64,000 nt of DNA, taken from assembly GCA_963693365.1 (NCBI GenBank), contig CAVNZM010000002.1:10348328-10412327 (forward strand). Reading direction: 5' to 3'. Positions 1 through 53,948 of this stretch are shown here, piece by piece. The stretch is from Amoebidium appalachense. Lineage: Eukaryota > Protista > Ichthyosporea. The notes below the pieces were generated by a model. That model did no database searches. It was not told the DNA's origin and saw only the letters and a program-made list of their open reading frames with translations. Every line of letters starts with the position of its first letter. Position 1 is the first letter of the stretch. The translations under genes and the position numbers were made by a program.

Positions 1-206
1 TCCAACGCGTTCACAGCGTCCAAATCAAGATCGAGCCCCGAAAGATCTATGCCGAGTTTGCTAAGATCTGTGCTGTTTAGGAAGTTAGCAATCTCTCTGT
101 CGGCATTTGCGAGGTCGTCCTTCGTCTGGTCTTGCAGTTCGTTCAGCTGACGAAGATCTGTCCCTAGCCCGGCTTCGATGGAAGCTATAGTGGATAAACC
201 TGCCAT
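1..206 (-). CDS. 5' part of a protein-coding gene truncated by the window edge (acidic, helical N-terminus; function unknown)
   Basis: ATG at 206 in an AAAATGG context opens a stop-free frame to position 1: MAGLSTIASIEAGLGTDLRQLNELQDQTKDDLANADREIANFLNSTDLSKLGIDLSGLDLDLDAVNAL. The sequence is complex and non-repetitive, and the gene is divergent from the one at 1112. Confidence 0.6.
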   Translation of the reverse strand, partial: MAGLSTIASIEAGLGTDLRQLNELQDQTKDDLANADREIANFLNSTDLSKLGIDLSGLDLDLDAVNAL

Positions 207-1111
207 TTTTGCACGGGTTTATACAGTTGTGCAGGCCAAAACGACTTCTGTGTATTTTTTTTAGCTCTTGAAAATGACCTTGTGGTTTTTTTGTACTTGT
301 ATCTCAGAGCCTATTATTATCAGGCTCGGGCCTAGAGAAAATAGCTCAGGAAAGACAGCATGTGTATGTGTGTGTGTTCGGATGCTTTAGCGAAATACGA
401 GAATGCTTCAATAAACCCAAGGCACAAGGAGTGTATAATGGCAATATTCTATAAGAGGAAATAAAGCTAAATTAGCATAAAGAGGAAAAGTATCTACACG
501 AGAGTTATTTTCTGTCTGTTTTCTTTTCGTTTGATCTTTTCGTTTCTCGTTTCTCTCTGTTGAGCGGCTTCGGTTTGCAGTCATGGTAGATAAATTCAGG
601 TTAGCCAATCAGGTGTGTCTGGTACTACGGCATTTAGAGCTGTAGCCCCTGCTACACTCTAGTTCAATCGTTTACCGTGTTTTAAAAGAATAGTATTTTA
701 ATGCAAACGTTAAACAAACTACTACGAACAATATCACGCTTTAGCATTTCTCAAAATCTGAATGTACTTAGTGATTGGACACCTGCGCACCAGCGGGGAT
801 CTTTGAAAAACTTTTCTCCCCAGGGCCCGGAAAACTAGATTTCGAGCTCGAGTGAATGGAAGGGTTCACTGCATGGAAGGATGGAAGGATTCGGAAGGAT
901 GGAAGGATTCATGGGGAAGGGGGAGGGAGCAAAGCTGTGAATTTCTCTATTGCTAGCAATAATTTTTATATATAGTTTTAACAACACTAATGAGTGTACG
1001 GAAGGTGTTTTTCGTCGGGTAGCTGTGTCCATTTTACGATCCTGAATTCTTGCATCAATAATCGTCGTAGCTCCAGGATTTCTTGTGCGCCACGTACGGC
1101 TGTGATCTAAA

Positions 1112-1632
1112 ATGGGGTTCAAAGAGAGGAAAAAGGGGAAGACGGTCGTCAAAAAAGACGGGGACCCGGTGAAACCAAAGCCTTTGACCAGGGCTGGTGG
1201 GAACAGTACTGGCCGTACGGTGTTTATGGCCGTGGCTGGGTTGCTGCTTGCAGCTGGGTGGAAGTATCACCTGGACCAGGTAAGAAATACATACGCTGGA
1301 TGTAACGGTCATGATTAATTAAATTTCTTTGGGTTTCTGGAAGCAAATTAATGATTGATTTTCATGCTTATAGATGTAACAATGAGCTGTCTGTTTGCAT
1401 ATAGTTTCCCGGTGTAGTATTCTGCAATGGTCTCTCACTCTCTCTCCCCCTCCCTCCCTCCCCCCCCCCCCCCCTCCCTCTCTCTCTCTCTCTCTTCCCC
1501 CCCCCCCCCCCCCCCCCGCCCTTTGCGTGTGTTTCGCTCTTTCTACCTAACTTGCGCTTCCGCTATCCACCTCCCCCCCCCCCCCCCCCCCCCCCTCTCA
1601 CCATCTCCGCCCGCACATACATGCAGACACTC

Positions 1633-1669
<37 letters not shown>

Positions 1670-2815
1670 TCTTCACCCACCCATCCAACCGGGCGCTTGC
1701 CCAGCCCCGTCGCCCTTAAGCCCCTACTGCACAACTACACACATACCCACCACCCCCCCCCCCCCCCCCCTCCCTCCCCTCTCCCCTTCCAACCCCGGCA
1801 TTTGGCTAATCCCGTGATCGAACTATCAGCCAAAACTACCACTTTTTCACGTCCCTTTGCCTCCTACCTTTGTGTCAGCAAATTAGAGATATTCCTAACC
1901 TTCCTCCTCCCCTCCCCCCTCCCCCCCCCCCCCCCCCCCCCCCGCCTCCTCTCTTGCCCCCGCCCCAAACCACCATTATCTTCCCTTTCCCTTTTTTCAC
2001 CTCCGTTCTTTCGTTTGCAGAAAGATAATGTAGTTGCCATCGTGCTCCCACTATCACAAGACCATCGTGAGTACCCCACCTACCTCGAGGGAGAGGAGGA
2101 GTGGGAGACACTGTGGAATGAACCCCTTAAAAGGGTCACGGAGCCGTCTTACCACTTGCCCTTTGACAGCGTACTGCCTGACGGATATCGGGTGAGTGTT
2201 TTGGGCTTGGCTACAGTGTGTATGTGTGTATGTTTGGGTGGGTGGGTAGGGAGGGAGGTGGGTGGGTGTTTTTTTTGGGGGGGAGGGGAGGCGGGAGAGG
2301 GGAGGGAGGGAGGGGGGATGGGGGCATGTGGGTGTAATTATTGGGTGTTTTTTCTTTTTGTGTGTGTGTCTTTTATTTTTTTCGTGTATGTATATGTGTG
2401 TTTTGGGGGGGAGGGGAAGGGGAGGGGGGGAGAGGGGGGGGGGGGGGGGGGGGGAGGGGGGGAGGCTGTCAAAGATTTTCTGCAGGTTCGCACCAGCTTG
2501 CTTGAGTCTCCAATGTTGGATGTGTGTAATCCAGTTGATACTTCTTTATGCTTGACTTGAACGCTTTTTGCGTATAAAATTCGGAGAAAATGGTTAAAAT
2601 AATTATGTCACAGTTTAAGACACAAAAAAATGCCGGGAGAGCCATTCAGTGTTAGATAGGTGTTAAGGTGGAGCTGGCTCAAGGGTCTAGCCGACCGTAG
2701 ATAATAGGCAAGAAAGTGAGAAAGATCTGGGAAAATTATGGTTTTTCGGTTATTCTTATTCCTTCTTTATGACCAATGGCTTGTGAATATGAGTTTGGGT
2801 TTTGGAGCTTGGGGC

Positions 2816-2864
<49 letters not shown>

Positions 2865-3321
2865 CGCGACTGTTTGTGTGTATTTGAATGTGTGCTTGTG
2901 TGTGTGTGTGCGTGCGCGCACATGTGTGTGTGTGTTTGTGTGTGTGTGTGTCTGCCGCGCGCTTGCCTATCTGCCTGCTCGCCTGTGTGCCTTTGTGCGC
3001 ATGTGTATGGTTGTTTGTGTGTGGTGTGTGGGCCCCTTGACTGAAAGAGTATGCAGGGAAGAGATAGTGGGGGGAGGGGGGGGAGCGGATGTTATGGCCC
3101 TTAACATATCTTGGAGACCAATCAAGCAACCTGTGGCTCTGCTGTCCACCATTTGCATTTTGTTTTTCCCCAATTGTTTTCCTTACGATTTGCAGGCACA
3201 GGAATTTACTATTATTGCTTTTTTTGATCCCCCCCCCCCCCCCTCCCCACCCCCCCATCTTTTTCCGATGATTTGGTAAAAGATGGCATTATGGAAGTGA
3301 ACAGAATACTAACCCCCCCCC

Positions 3322-3352
<31 letters not shown>

Positions 3353-3514
3353 ACACACACCGTCACACGACTCCCACCCTTCGCCACTATGTACACGCAC
3401 ACCTCGCATATACACACACACACGAACACAAATCCAAGTTTACCGAACACCGACACATATGCACCCACCCTCACTCTCCACCTCTATCGCTTCGCCCCTA
3501 CCCTCCGTTCTTCG

Positions 3515-3553
<39 letters not shown>

Positions 3554-4796
3554 CCTCCCCCCTCCCCCCCCCCCCTCTCTCTTTCTCTCCCCTCCCCATC
3601 CCCCCCCCCCCCCCTCCCCCCCGGTTCCCTCTTTCCCTTCCTCCCCCCCCCCCCCCCCCCCCCCCCCTTCCCCCCCCCCCCTCCCTTTCATACCTTCACA
3701 TGCACAGGCATACAACCCGACAGTTGTTCAGTGGGGGGACACGTACGTGTTTGGTGCCCGTGTAAGCAACTGGAGTCTATGTGATTACAGGGGGGGGAGG
3801 CCCTACAACGACTATGACCAGTATGACTCATATGTTGCCCTGTGGCACGTAGATGCACAGTTCAGAGAGATACAGACCCCGTTTATGTGGATGGTACGCC
3901 AACCAACCCCCCCCCCCAAAAAAAAAAAAAAAGAAAGAAAGAAAGAAAGAAAGAAAGGAAAGAAAAAAATGGAAAAAGAAAGAAAAGAATACTCTGCTGT
4001 TTTTGTGTGTGCTCTTTTAAGCCAAATCTACAATGAGCCCCCCTCCCCCCCCTCCCCCTTCCCCCCCCCCTCCCCTCCCCCCCCCCCCCCCCTCCCCCCC
4101 TCCCATAACATACTGTTTTTTGTGTGCGCTCTTCTAAGCAAATGTTGCAATGATCCCCCCCCCCCCCCCCCCCCCCCTCCCTCCCCCCTCCCCTCCTCCC
4201 CACGAAAGGGGACTTTCTAGATTTGAGAGTCCCCCAGCCCCTTCTCCGGAGGAAACCTTCCCCCCTCCCCCCCCCCCCCCCCCTTCTCCTTCTCTCTCCC
4301 CCTCCTCATCCCACGCCCCCCACCCCCTTCTCCCATCCCCCCCCCCCCCTCCCCCCCCCTCCCCCCCGTGCAGCAAATGTTGCCCTCGTACCACGTTGGT
4401 GTTTGGGGGCTGCTCTATGTGCTTCATGTTGTTGCCATTCGCTGTCAGTATCCCAAGCTGTGTGCCGCTCTCACCCCCCCCCCCCCCCCCCCCCCCCGGA
4501 CCCGCCCGATTGTACAGAACAACACAAATGCGAGATCCCACACACACGTGCACACATTCGCATATTATGCCTGCTAGCAAACACACACACACTCACACAC
4601 ACATCCATCCCCCCCACACACATACTTGCACACCCCGCCAAACCCGCCCTCCCTCCCCCTCCCTCCCCCCTACCCCCCTCCGTTTCTCCCCTCCCCTCCC
4701 CCCCCTCGTTCCCCTTCCAGTACCCCCCTTCTCCCCCCCCCCCCCCCCTCCCTTACCTCCCCCCCCCCCCTCCCTTACCCCCCCTTCTCCCCCCCC

Positions 4797-4827
<31 letters not shown>

Positions 4828-5145
4828 ACAGATTGAAGACAAGCTACGTCAGCGCCTGCGCACAGCCTTCTACGAGATCTTCCGTGTGGGGGTGGAGGAT
4901 GTACGGCTGGTGGAACACAACGGCACTCTGCTTGGTCTGGGCACGTATGGGCTCAGAGGGGAGGGCCCAAGGCCTACAAAGCTTACAGGTATAATTTGTG
5001 TGTATGTGTGTGTGTGTGGGGGGGGGGGGGGGGGGGGGGGGGGGAGGGAAGGGAGGGGGGAGAGGGGAGGGGAAGGGGATGGGTTTTAATGTTTGTGTGG
5101 GTGGGTGGTGGGTGGGTGAGTGTGGTGGTGATGATGGTGGGGGGT

Positions 5146-5180
<35 letters not shown>

Positions 5181-7293
5181 GGGTGGTAGATGTATGGGTG
5201 TGGGTGCGGGTAGGTGTGTGTGTATTGAGGGGGAGGGGGGGGGATGCGTGGGTGGGTGGGTGTTTGTGTGTGTGGGCATGGGCGTGTGCGTGTGCGTGTG
5301 CGTGTGCGTGCGCTTGCGCGTGCGCGTGCGTGTGCGTATGTTTGTGTGTGTGTATGTGTGTGTGTGTGTATGTTTGTGTATGTTTGTGTATGTGTGTGTG
5401 TGCGTGCGTGGGCGTGGGCGTGCCTGTGCATTTTTGTTGGCTCTCAAATGGGTGCATGCACGGGTGCAAATCGGACGTGCATGCTTGTGTGCCCATGAGT
5501 ACACATGTGTGTATGTCTTGTGGGCACCTATTTGCCGATCTATGTGTGTTACAACACGTTTATTCGTCCCTGTGTTCACGCGAAGCCAAATAGATATCTA
5601 CATACACTCCTCTACGCTGGAAGCCTTATTCCTCCTCCCCCCTCCCCTCCCCTCCCCCCTCCCCCCCCCCCCTCCCACCTCCCACCGCCCCGTTCTTCTC
5701 CATTCTCCTGCTTTTTTCTGCCTATACCCTCCCCCCCCCCAACCACAACCACCACCACCACGACCATCACCATCCTAAATAAAGAAACCTCACCTTTAGC
5801 CAAGCGCACTCCCATTGGTGCATCTGTCCATAGAATCAGCATTTTAATTTAAAAACAAATTTATTATAACATTTAAATGCTAAAATACTCTTTTTTCACA
5901 GGGGAGATGGTATCCATGTTCCGCATGGCCGCACTCAAGCTCCCAACCATCAAGAGTCAACCCCCCTCCCACCTTCTCAATTCCACCCGTCGCCTCGCCT
6001 CTTCCTCCTTCGTGCCCCTGAAACTGGGCACCGAGTCACGTGACCAGCAGCAGAAAAACTGGGTGCCTTTTGTGGAAGGCGGAGGCGGGAGCGGAAGCGG
6101 CCGGCTGCTTCTGGAGCATTCCATACAGCCACACGTGGTGCTGAGCGTAGACTTGAAGACGGGCGAGTGTACGGAAATTGCTAGGTGTGGTTTTATAATT
6201 CCTCCCCACTCTGTCTCTCCTCTATTCCGGATCCACCTCTTCCCTTTCCTTCCCCCCCCGCCGCCCCCCTCCACGCCTGCAAGAACACGCACTCGCACAC
6301 ACGCTTGCACGTACACACAGCGCCTGCCCATGCACACCCACACACAACCACCCTCCCCCCCTCCCCCCTTCCCCCCCCCTCCCCTCTCACACACACGCAC
6401 GTGAGCGCGCGCACACACACACATATACGCGCACGCACACATACGTGTGTGCACACACGGGCACACGCCCGCACACACCCCAGCACACACATACAAACAC
6501 ACACACCTCCGCGCGTTCACTCACACACATGTACATGCGCACACGCACACGCGCTTTGCATGTGTGCGCACGCACACGCACACACGCATGAACACACACG
6601 CGCGCACACACAAGGGGAAACAGAAGGGATAGAGGACAGCAGAATACGAGCATGTGCATATGTTTGTTTGTTTGTGTGGTGGAGGTGATGGTTGTGGCGG
6701 GTGGGTGGGTAGGTGAGGGTGGGGGGGATGGGGGGGGGATATACCAAGGGAGAAGGGGAAGTGCCACATGTTTAACACCAACACGCTAGTTCACATGAAT
6801 ACCCACATACCCCTTCTAACCCTAATACCCCAATGACGTAAATTTCTGTTGCACGAGCTCTGATTTGCATAATCCTATCTTTAACAGAACCGACAACCCG
6901 ATTCTGTATAAGTTCGGCTCCAACCTTCCTTTAAGGGGCGGTGCGGGTAGCATACGCCTACCGGAGCAATACGGGGACCTATACTTAGGCATCGCCCACA
7001 CATCACGACCACCACGAATATACACACACTTCCTTTACACCTTTAAGGCAGGGCCCCCCTATGACATTGTCGGTGTGAGCGGGGAGTTTTGCTTGGGTAG
7101 AAAAGAAACGAAAACGGGCGGTGGTGGGGTCGTTAAAGACGGAAGGTGCGAAACTGTGCAGTTTGTGTCTGGGATGGCTCTGAGAAAGGAAGGGGGCAAA
7201 TGGAATCTGTTGGTAACATATGGGGTTAACGATTGCGATGCGAGGGTTATGGCGCTAGATTTGGATACGGTTATGGGATGGGTTAGGAAATAG
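1112..7293 (+). CDS. Type II membrane five-bladed beta-propeller carbohydrate-active enzyme (GH130 / Bmt beta-mannosyltransferase-like), ~456 aa, 6 exons
   Basis: Exons 1112-1279, 2021-2191, 3708-3893, 4832-4988, 5902-6184, 6888-7293 are all GT-AG and phase-consistent to a TAG stop. The N-terminus is a basic tail plus a hydrophobic stretch ([14 protein letters not shown]). Motifs AYNP, VEDVRL, QKNWVPF, LRGG, YTHFLY..PPY, QFVSG and TYGVNDC occur in the order typical of this propeller clan (recognised from memory, no search run). Confidence 0.8.
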
Positions 7294-7471
7294 TGTTTGT
7301 GTGCACGTATAGGATAGTTGTGTTTGTGTTTATCCCTTTGTCTGTAAATATATGTGTGGAGGTGTGGGTGAGTGGGTGTGCGCCTTATGCCCATGCCTGT
7401 GTGTAATGGTTGTCCTTATTTATTTATTTATTTATGTTTATTTTTATATCATTTTATTTATTATTTCCCCC

Positions 7472-7571
<100 letters not shown>

Positions 7572-7846
7572 ATAATATCAATAGCCAATCAGATTCTGTG
7601 CTTGCTGCACGGATAGTCTATTCAGGGTATTTGCTGAGGCGTTCACCCTCGTAATGAAATAGTATTAACAAGAATTGTTCATGTCATTGCGTGAGGGAAA
7701 CTGTTGTATAATGATATGCTAACATGATAGAGTTTTTTTTTTTTTTGGGTGTATCCTGTGTGTGGTTGTCCATATCGGCGTGGACGGGTGGGCGGGTGGG
7801 TGGTGGATAAACGATGGTTGTGGCTGCGGCCTTTTTTTTTTTTTTT

Positions 7847-7909
<63 letters not shown>

Positions 7910-8732
7910 ACGTTGAACTCGTGTCTTGAAGTAGCACGTACAGTAGCGTAAACTGTGCTTCTAATAATACGAGAGTTCATTACACAATCGTACACGTTTT
8001 CACAGTTGAAAGCTTTTCGACGATTGACACTATGCTTACTAATATGTAATACGATTATTCGTGTGTATAAAATTGTTCTCACCAGGATAATCCCTTTCGA
8101 CTCGAAGTCTCTTGTCTTTATAAATTTAGTGTACTGGTAACTCCAGCTGAGCTGGCTTTGAATATACAATGGCAAAATAAAACAGAACCCCCTTACGTTT
8201 TGTCCGTCTCATCTTAAGCTTGAGAATGTCCGGATGTATGTATGCAACCGCAGTTTTGCTCTCGAGCACTGTCCCCAATTTTCACAGTACCGCAACCTGT
8301 CTCTCTGGCTTTACCATTATAGTTATATGTACACAGCAATTACTACGTTATAAATGTTCACAGTCATAACCTGATGGTTCGTATTTTTTCAGTGTATGAG
8401 CTGAGGCATGGCACATGCTGGGTTTTTTTTTACGGAAAGAAACATTTTGCCGCACCTTGGACTATCTAACTAGGATCAAAATTATAAAAAGATGGCCACT
8501 GTACAAAGTTACCAACCACGGCATAACAAATATTGGTCTGTAGAACTAGGCAGTCATAATGATGTACATAAAGGGCCCCGACTGGAATAGAAACATGTGT
8601 GTGCCTTTTTTTAACGAATCAAATAATTAAACTAACTCTAGACTCTCTCTCGAGCTCTAACTCTAAGACTCTCTCTCTCCATCCCGCGCTCCTCGGCTCC
8701 TGATCATCTCTCTCTCTCTCAAGAATATATAT

Positions 8733-8767
<35 letters not shown>

Positions 8768-9241
8768 TCTCAGGCTGTGAGTGTCAGTCTCCTCTCTTCC
8801 CCCCCCCCCCCCCCCCCTCCCCGTCCACGTTTCTCTCTCTGCGCTCCTCCACTCTCTCGGTGACACTGGCGCCTCGTTCTCCCCCCCCCCCCCCCCCCCC
8901 CCCCCTCCCCCTCTCCTTCTCTGGATCTACTGTAGATCTCTCTCCCTGCAGCTGACACACAAACCACGTTGTCACACACACAACCATGTACGGTCAAGTA
9001 TCACGTGCACACGTGGACTGTATGTATCAGGCTCAAGATACCGATACCGGACTTGACTACAGGCATAGTTGTAGGCCATATCGATCAATATCGCTAATTG
9101 AACTTTTTTATGGTCGAACCGAAGCTCCAACATTGTTTGTTAGAGCGACTATTACTATACATGAAAGCCTTACACTCGAAGACAGAAAATCGGCCAGTCG
9201 CCATGTCGTTTAGCACAACTTGTGTACCAGTGTGTGTGTGT

Positions 9242-9291
<50 letters not shown>

Positions 9292-9702
9292 ATAGGGGGT
9301 GTGTGTGTGCACGCGCGCGTGTGTGTGCGTAGCTCAAAACAATTGGGACGGGACCAGACACACACATCCCTCAAAAAAAAAAGCTACTCAAACAACAAAA
9401 ACCAGGCATTTACTGTACATGCCAATCGGAGTATCCACTGAAGACAGCACTGACATAACGAATTCTCTCCCCGCTCCCCCCCCCCCCCCCTCCCGGGGAG
9501 TCCCGTCGTCCCATATAATTTAATAACAATAATAATACAAATGATAAACCATTATACATTATTAAAAAAAAACAAAGAACTTGGCAAAAAAACAAAACCG
9601 AACCGCAGTGCAAATATAGCCCATCTTTCTGGCGGCTCAAACTAATCACACGTACTGTCTTTACCCCATGTAGACGTCTCTCTGACTGAAACTCCCCTTC
9701 GT

Positions 9703-19815
<10,113 letters not shown>

Positions 19816-20702
19816 CGTTGTGTTGCGATAACACGAAAGAGGTCTAGGGGAAAAGAAAATGGACGGTTTTTTTTTAACCGGACGGGTGAGGAGGATAGAC
19901 GGTGTGAGGGTGTTTTAGAGGAAACAGGCGGTCTGGGAAAAAAATGCACAAGCGCTGAAGTGAGGAGTGTTGTAGGAGATATTGGTTTCACCGGTGTGCT
20001 GCATACACCATGAGTAGACTGCAACTAGTGGGTGTGAAGAAACACGGCTCGTTTGGCTATCCTTTCCCTTGTTGAACGATTGAGAACAGGCCGTTCGTCT
20101 GCAGGGCTGTGGTTAAAAAAAATACTGTAGTGCAGACGGCCGCGATCAAGAAAAAAAAAATCTCAAAAGGCAAAATTGTGGTGCGATAAACTAACGGCTC
20201 CCAGGTGTTCTTTCTTTTCCTACTGGAGTTTTCTTCACTTGCGTTTAGCACCTCAAGGTTAACATAAACACAACCGTAACTCTCCTTTAGCACTTACTTT
20301 CTGCGTATTATGAAAGAATAAAGGCCAAGTTCACATCATAATATTCCCCAAACGTGTTTGTGTATACGACGTTGTATGTACGTGCGTGCGCGTGCACTGA
20401 GTCGGAGGATATTTTGAGAGCCTCCTTGGCACAAATAGTCCTTCGCTGCACCGAACGGTCGCACCGCAGGGTGTGAACTTTGTTTTTGCTAGTGCCTTGT
20501 GGTAACTTTCGACCAGCCTGGATGGTCGTAACAAAGCCAGCAACCGTTTTTGGGTGATATTTGGCTCTGTTAGGGCCAAATTTTGGAAAATTGATGGACC
20601 TAACCTCAAAAAGTTAGGGACAATTTTTTGGACTTTCAGGGGCAATTTTCTGGCCCTCAAACCCCTAATTTTACAGCCTGTCGCACCGTTCCGACTTCAA
20701 AT

Positions 20703-20760
20703 TTTTGGCGCCACAAGCATGCGTTTTGATTGGTCAAGGAATCCCGCCATTATGACGTCA
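20703..20760. promoter_or_regulatory. Cluster of E2F-like, CCAAT and CRE motifs upstream of TRAIP
   Basis: TTTGGCGC (20704-20711), ATTGG (20729-20733) and TGACGTCA (20753-20760) lie within 60 bp, in repeat-free DNA ~0.9 kb upstream of the TRAIP ATG. Function is inferred from motif matches only. Confidence 0.35.
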
Positions 20761-22054
20761 TTCAGGCGTTCAGCCGATGATCCCTGGGCCCCGAGCCGGC
20801 AGCTGCAGACACCGCGTGGCAGAATCTCGCCCGTAGGTACAGGACTCTTCGAATGGCCATGCATGGAGTACATATATAGGGAGTTTCAACTACACGTCAT
20901 GAGTTGATGTACAGATAAGATGTAGGCCTAGGTCACAAGTTCTATACTTATGTAAACAAATACTGGCAACAAAGTTTGACTTGGCCGTACATAGATCTAG
21001 AAATAGTATTTGGGTAGGCAGAGCCTCCGGGCAATACGGGCGCTCCCGGGTGGAGCTCAGAGGGTGTCCGGGATATGCATGCATGCACATACATGTTCCT
21101 GTGTGTCACGGGGGGCGTTGGGGGGGGGGGGGGGGGGGGGGGGACGATAGGGATCGAGGGGGGCGGGGAAGGGGGTTGTGCGTGTGTGCTTGGCACACAC
21201 GGCACATGTGTCATTCGACCGTGGCCATGGCACCCGCCGGGGGGGGGGGGGGGGGGGGGGCGCTTCATTTGTTTTTCGAGCTTACTGCCCTTCTATTTTC
21301 TAGCTGGTAAAACAAGTAAGCCATGACAACTACACGAATCTCATCAAACATGCGCATTCGGGGACCATTAGATTCCATCTATCGTACATATTTACACATC
21401 CTTCATTATACATGAACATCTATCCACCAAACTCAATAAGGGAAACCATTTGGCATTCGTTCATTCGTTCCAGCAAGTGTTTACAAGGGTAACAGCTAAT
21501 ATTAGCACACGTGGTGTCTATTGTGTATGTGGAATAGGATTTTACGGCCAGTTGTAACACCAGTGTAGGATACGTGCCAGTGTAAATCACACAGGGCACG
21601 TGTACAATGTGTCAGTGTGTGTATGTTCGTGAAAGTGTGTGTGTAACCACTGCTGTGATGTGTACGTTAACGTTGTTGCTCATAAATCAGTATGTAGCAG
21701 TGTGTGAGAGTGCTCGTATGTTGCTGAGACGCTAGCGGGAGATCAGGCGTGTACGCGGGTGCACGTGTCTACGTGCGCGAATTATGTTTGAATTCTAGGA
21801 ATTTGCAGAACTATGCAAGTGATATCCACAAATCTCTATGGCAAGCGTGGTAGGGGCCAAATTTCCACCTTCTAGGAATTCAATCTATATGGATTAGGAA
21901 ACATAACCATAGAAACCTGCATATGGGATTAAAATGCTTCAGTTTCGTGCATTATCCACATGCGAGCTCATGCACTACATCAATATACACGACCTATCAC
22001 ATGGCTTCTATCATTCGCAAACACACCTCAATCATTTCTTTGACGGTCGCTATC

Positions 22055-52230
<30,176 letters not shown>

Positions 52231-52856
52231 GTCTCAGGGCTGGGCATACCGCCCGCAAACGTAAAGCGTGGTGCGCTTTTCTAGGGCTATGTCCTATCAT
52301 ACAAACCAACGGCCTATGTCAATGTGGGCGGCTGACTGAATGACAGGGCACTAGAAGACCCGGACAAGAGGAGTGTGGTACGTTTCGTTTTTAGTCGTGA
52401 GGAGAGGCGTGTGATGCCAACGGGTTGGGTTGTAGTCTGCTTCACGCCGGTTTTATGCATATCCGTGCCTGACCGTGCGAAGCTACCGTGCGCCTTTCCA
52501 ATATTGTAAACCAGCTATACACAAATGATAGTATGTCGAAGTTATGTCAAAGGTGTGGCATTTTGCAAGCCGTCAACCTAGTGTTGAACCTACGTATACT
52601 CACTATCGCACCAGCATGTCTCACTCTCGAGCTGTCCCTGTGCTCTAGTGTTCTGACGCGGCAGGACAGGCTGTGTTCAGATTTTATACTTTGGCATGCG
52701 CATCTTGGCCTCAAAGCCTTGATTGGTCAGGAACGCACTCCTAGGAATTTTGGAGTACCGTGTATTTGCCAACGCGTACGTACCGTAAGGCTTTGCGAAG
52801 GCGTTGGCAGCCACTTGGCTACCGCAGTGTATCTCTCTCCGCACCACCACCAGCCC

Positions 52857-52900
<44 letters not shown>

Positions 52901-53279
52901 ACGGCACACACACACTCTTCCCTCCCCCGTCCTCTCACCCCCTCACCCTCCCTCTCCCCTCCCCCCCCCCTCCCCCTGATGCCTATGTTGTACAACCCCG
53001 GATAAGACTAATAGCTATATATGAGGCCCCTAGATCTATGAATAGCATGCCTCAAAACACAGATAGACACAGCCACAGAGAAGTTACAGAACCCTCCAAA
53101 TAATTAAATGAAGCAAACCCCCCGGCACCGTATTATTCTGCGCTCTTCTACATTCGCGTTTTCGACATGCGTCATCATCTTTCGACTCCTCTCTCTGCAG
53201 ATGCATATGGGCCACATATGCCATCAAAAGTTGACTTCTTACGGTGTGACATGATCAATAGATAGTGTGACCCGTGCTA

Positions 53280-53334
<55 letters not shown>

Positions 53335-53721
53335 ACACACACACATAGACACACACGCGCGTACCCACATTCACAGCAATTGACGAATTGCTAAGAAATC
53401 CATCATCAAGCCACTACTACTCAGTATTTAATTCAGGTGAGGGAAAGTACGCACAAACACGTTCATAGGCCTTCGGGCCTCTGAAAGAAGACCAGAAATT
53501 TCAATTAGAGAGGTTCTTGGCAAATCTATGGTCCCTCCCCTTCCCCCCACCGGGCCTCCACTCCCACCCCCGACCCCCCACCTCCACCCTCCCCATCCCC
53601 CTAACCCTCTCCCCCCCCACCCACCCACCCTACCACCTACCCACCCACCCATCCACCCACCCCCTCCTCTCCCCCCGGCCTCGGACACCCCCTCGCTCCC
53701 CTCTCCCCCCCCCCCCCCCCC

Positions 53722-53760
<39 letters not shown>

Positions 53761-53908
53761 CCAGCTTGGGCCGGGAGGAGAAGAAAGAGCGGGAAAAGGA
53801 GGGGGGAGAGGGGGGTTCCAAGGGCCTGGGTTGGTTCAGGAGCTAGTTCTCCTGCAGGGAGGGTGATGGGGTATGGTGGCCAGCACTTCGGGGGAAGGGG
53901 GGAGGGGG

Positions 53909-53948
<40 letters not shown>

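Noticed and set aside
20560-20680. Possible inverted-repeat element upstream of TRAIP
   Set aside because: Only short imperfect matches (agggcca/tggccct), with no clear TIR or target-site duplication.
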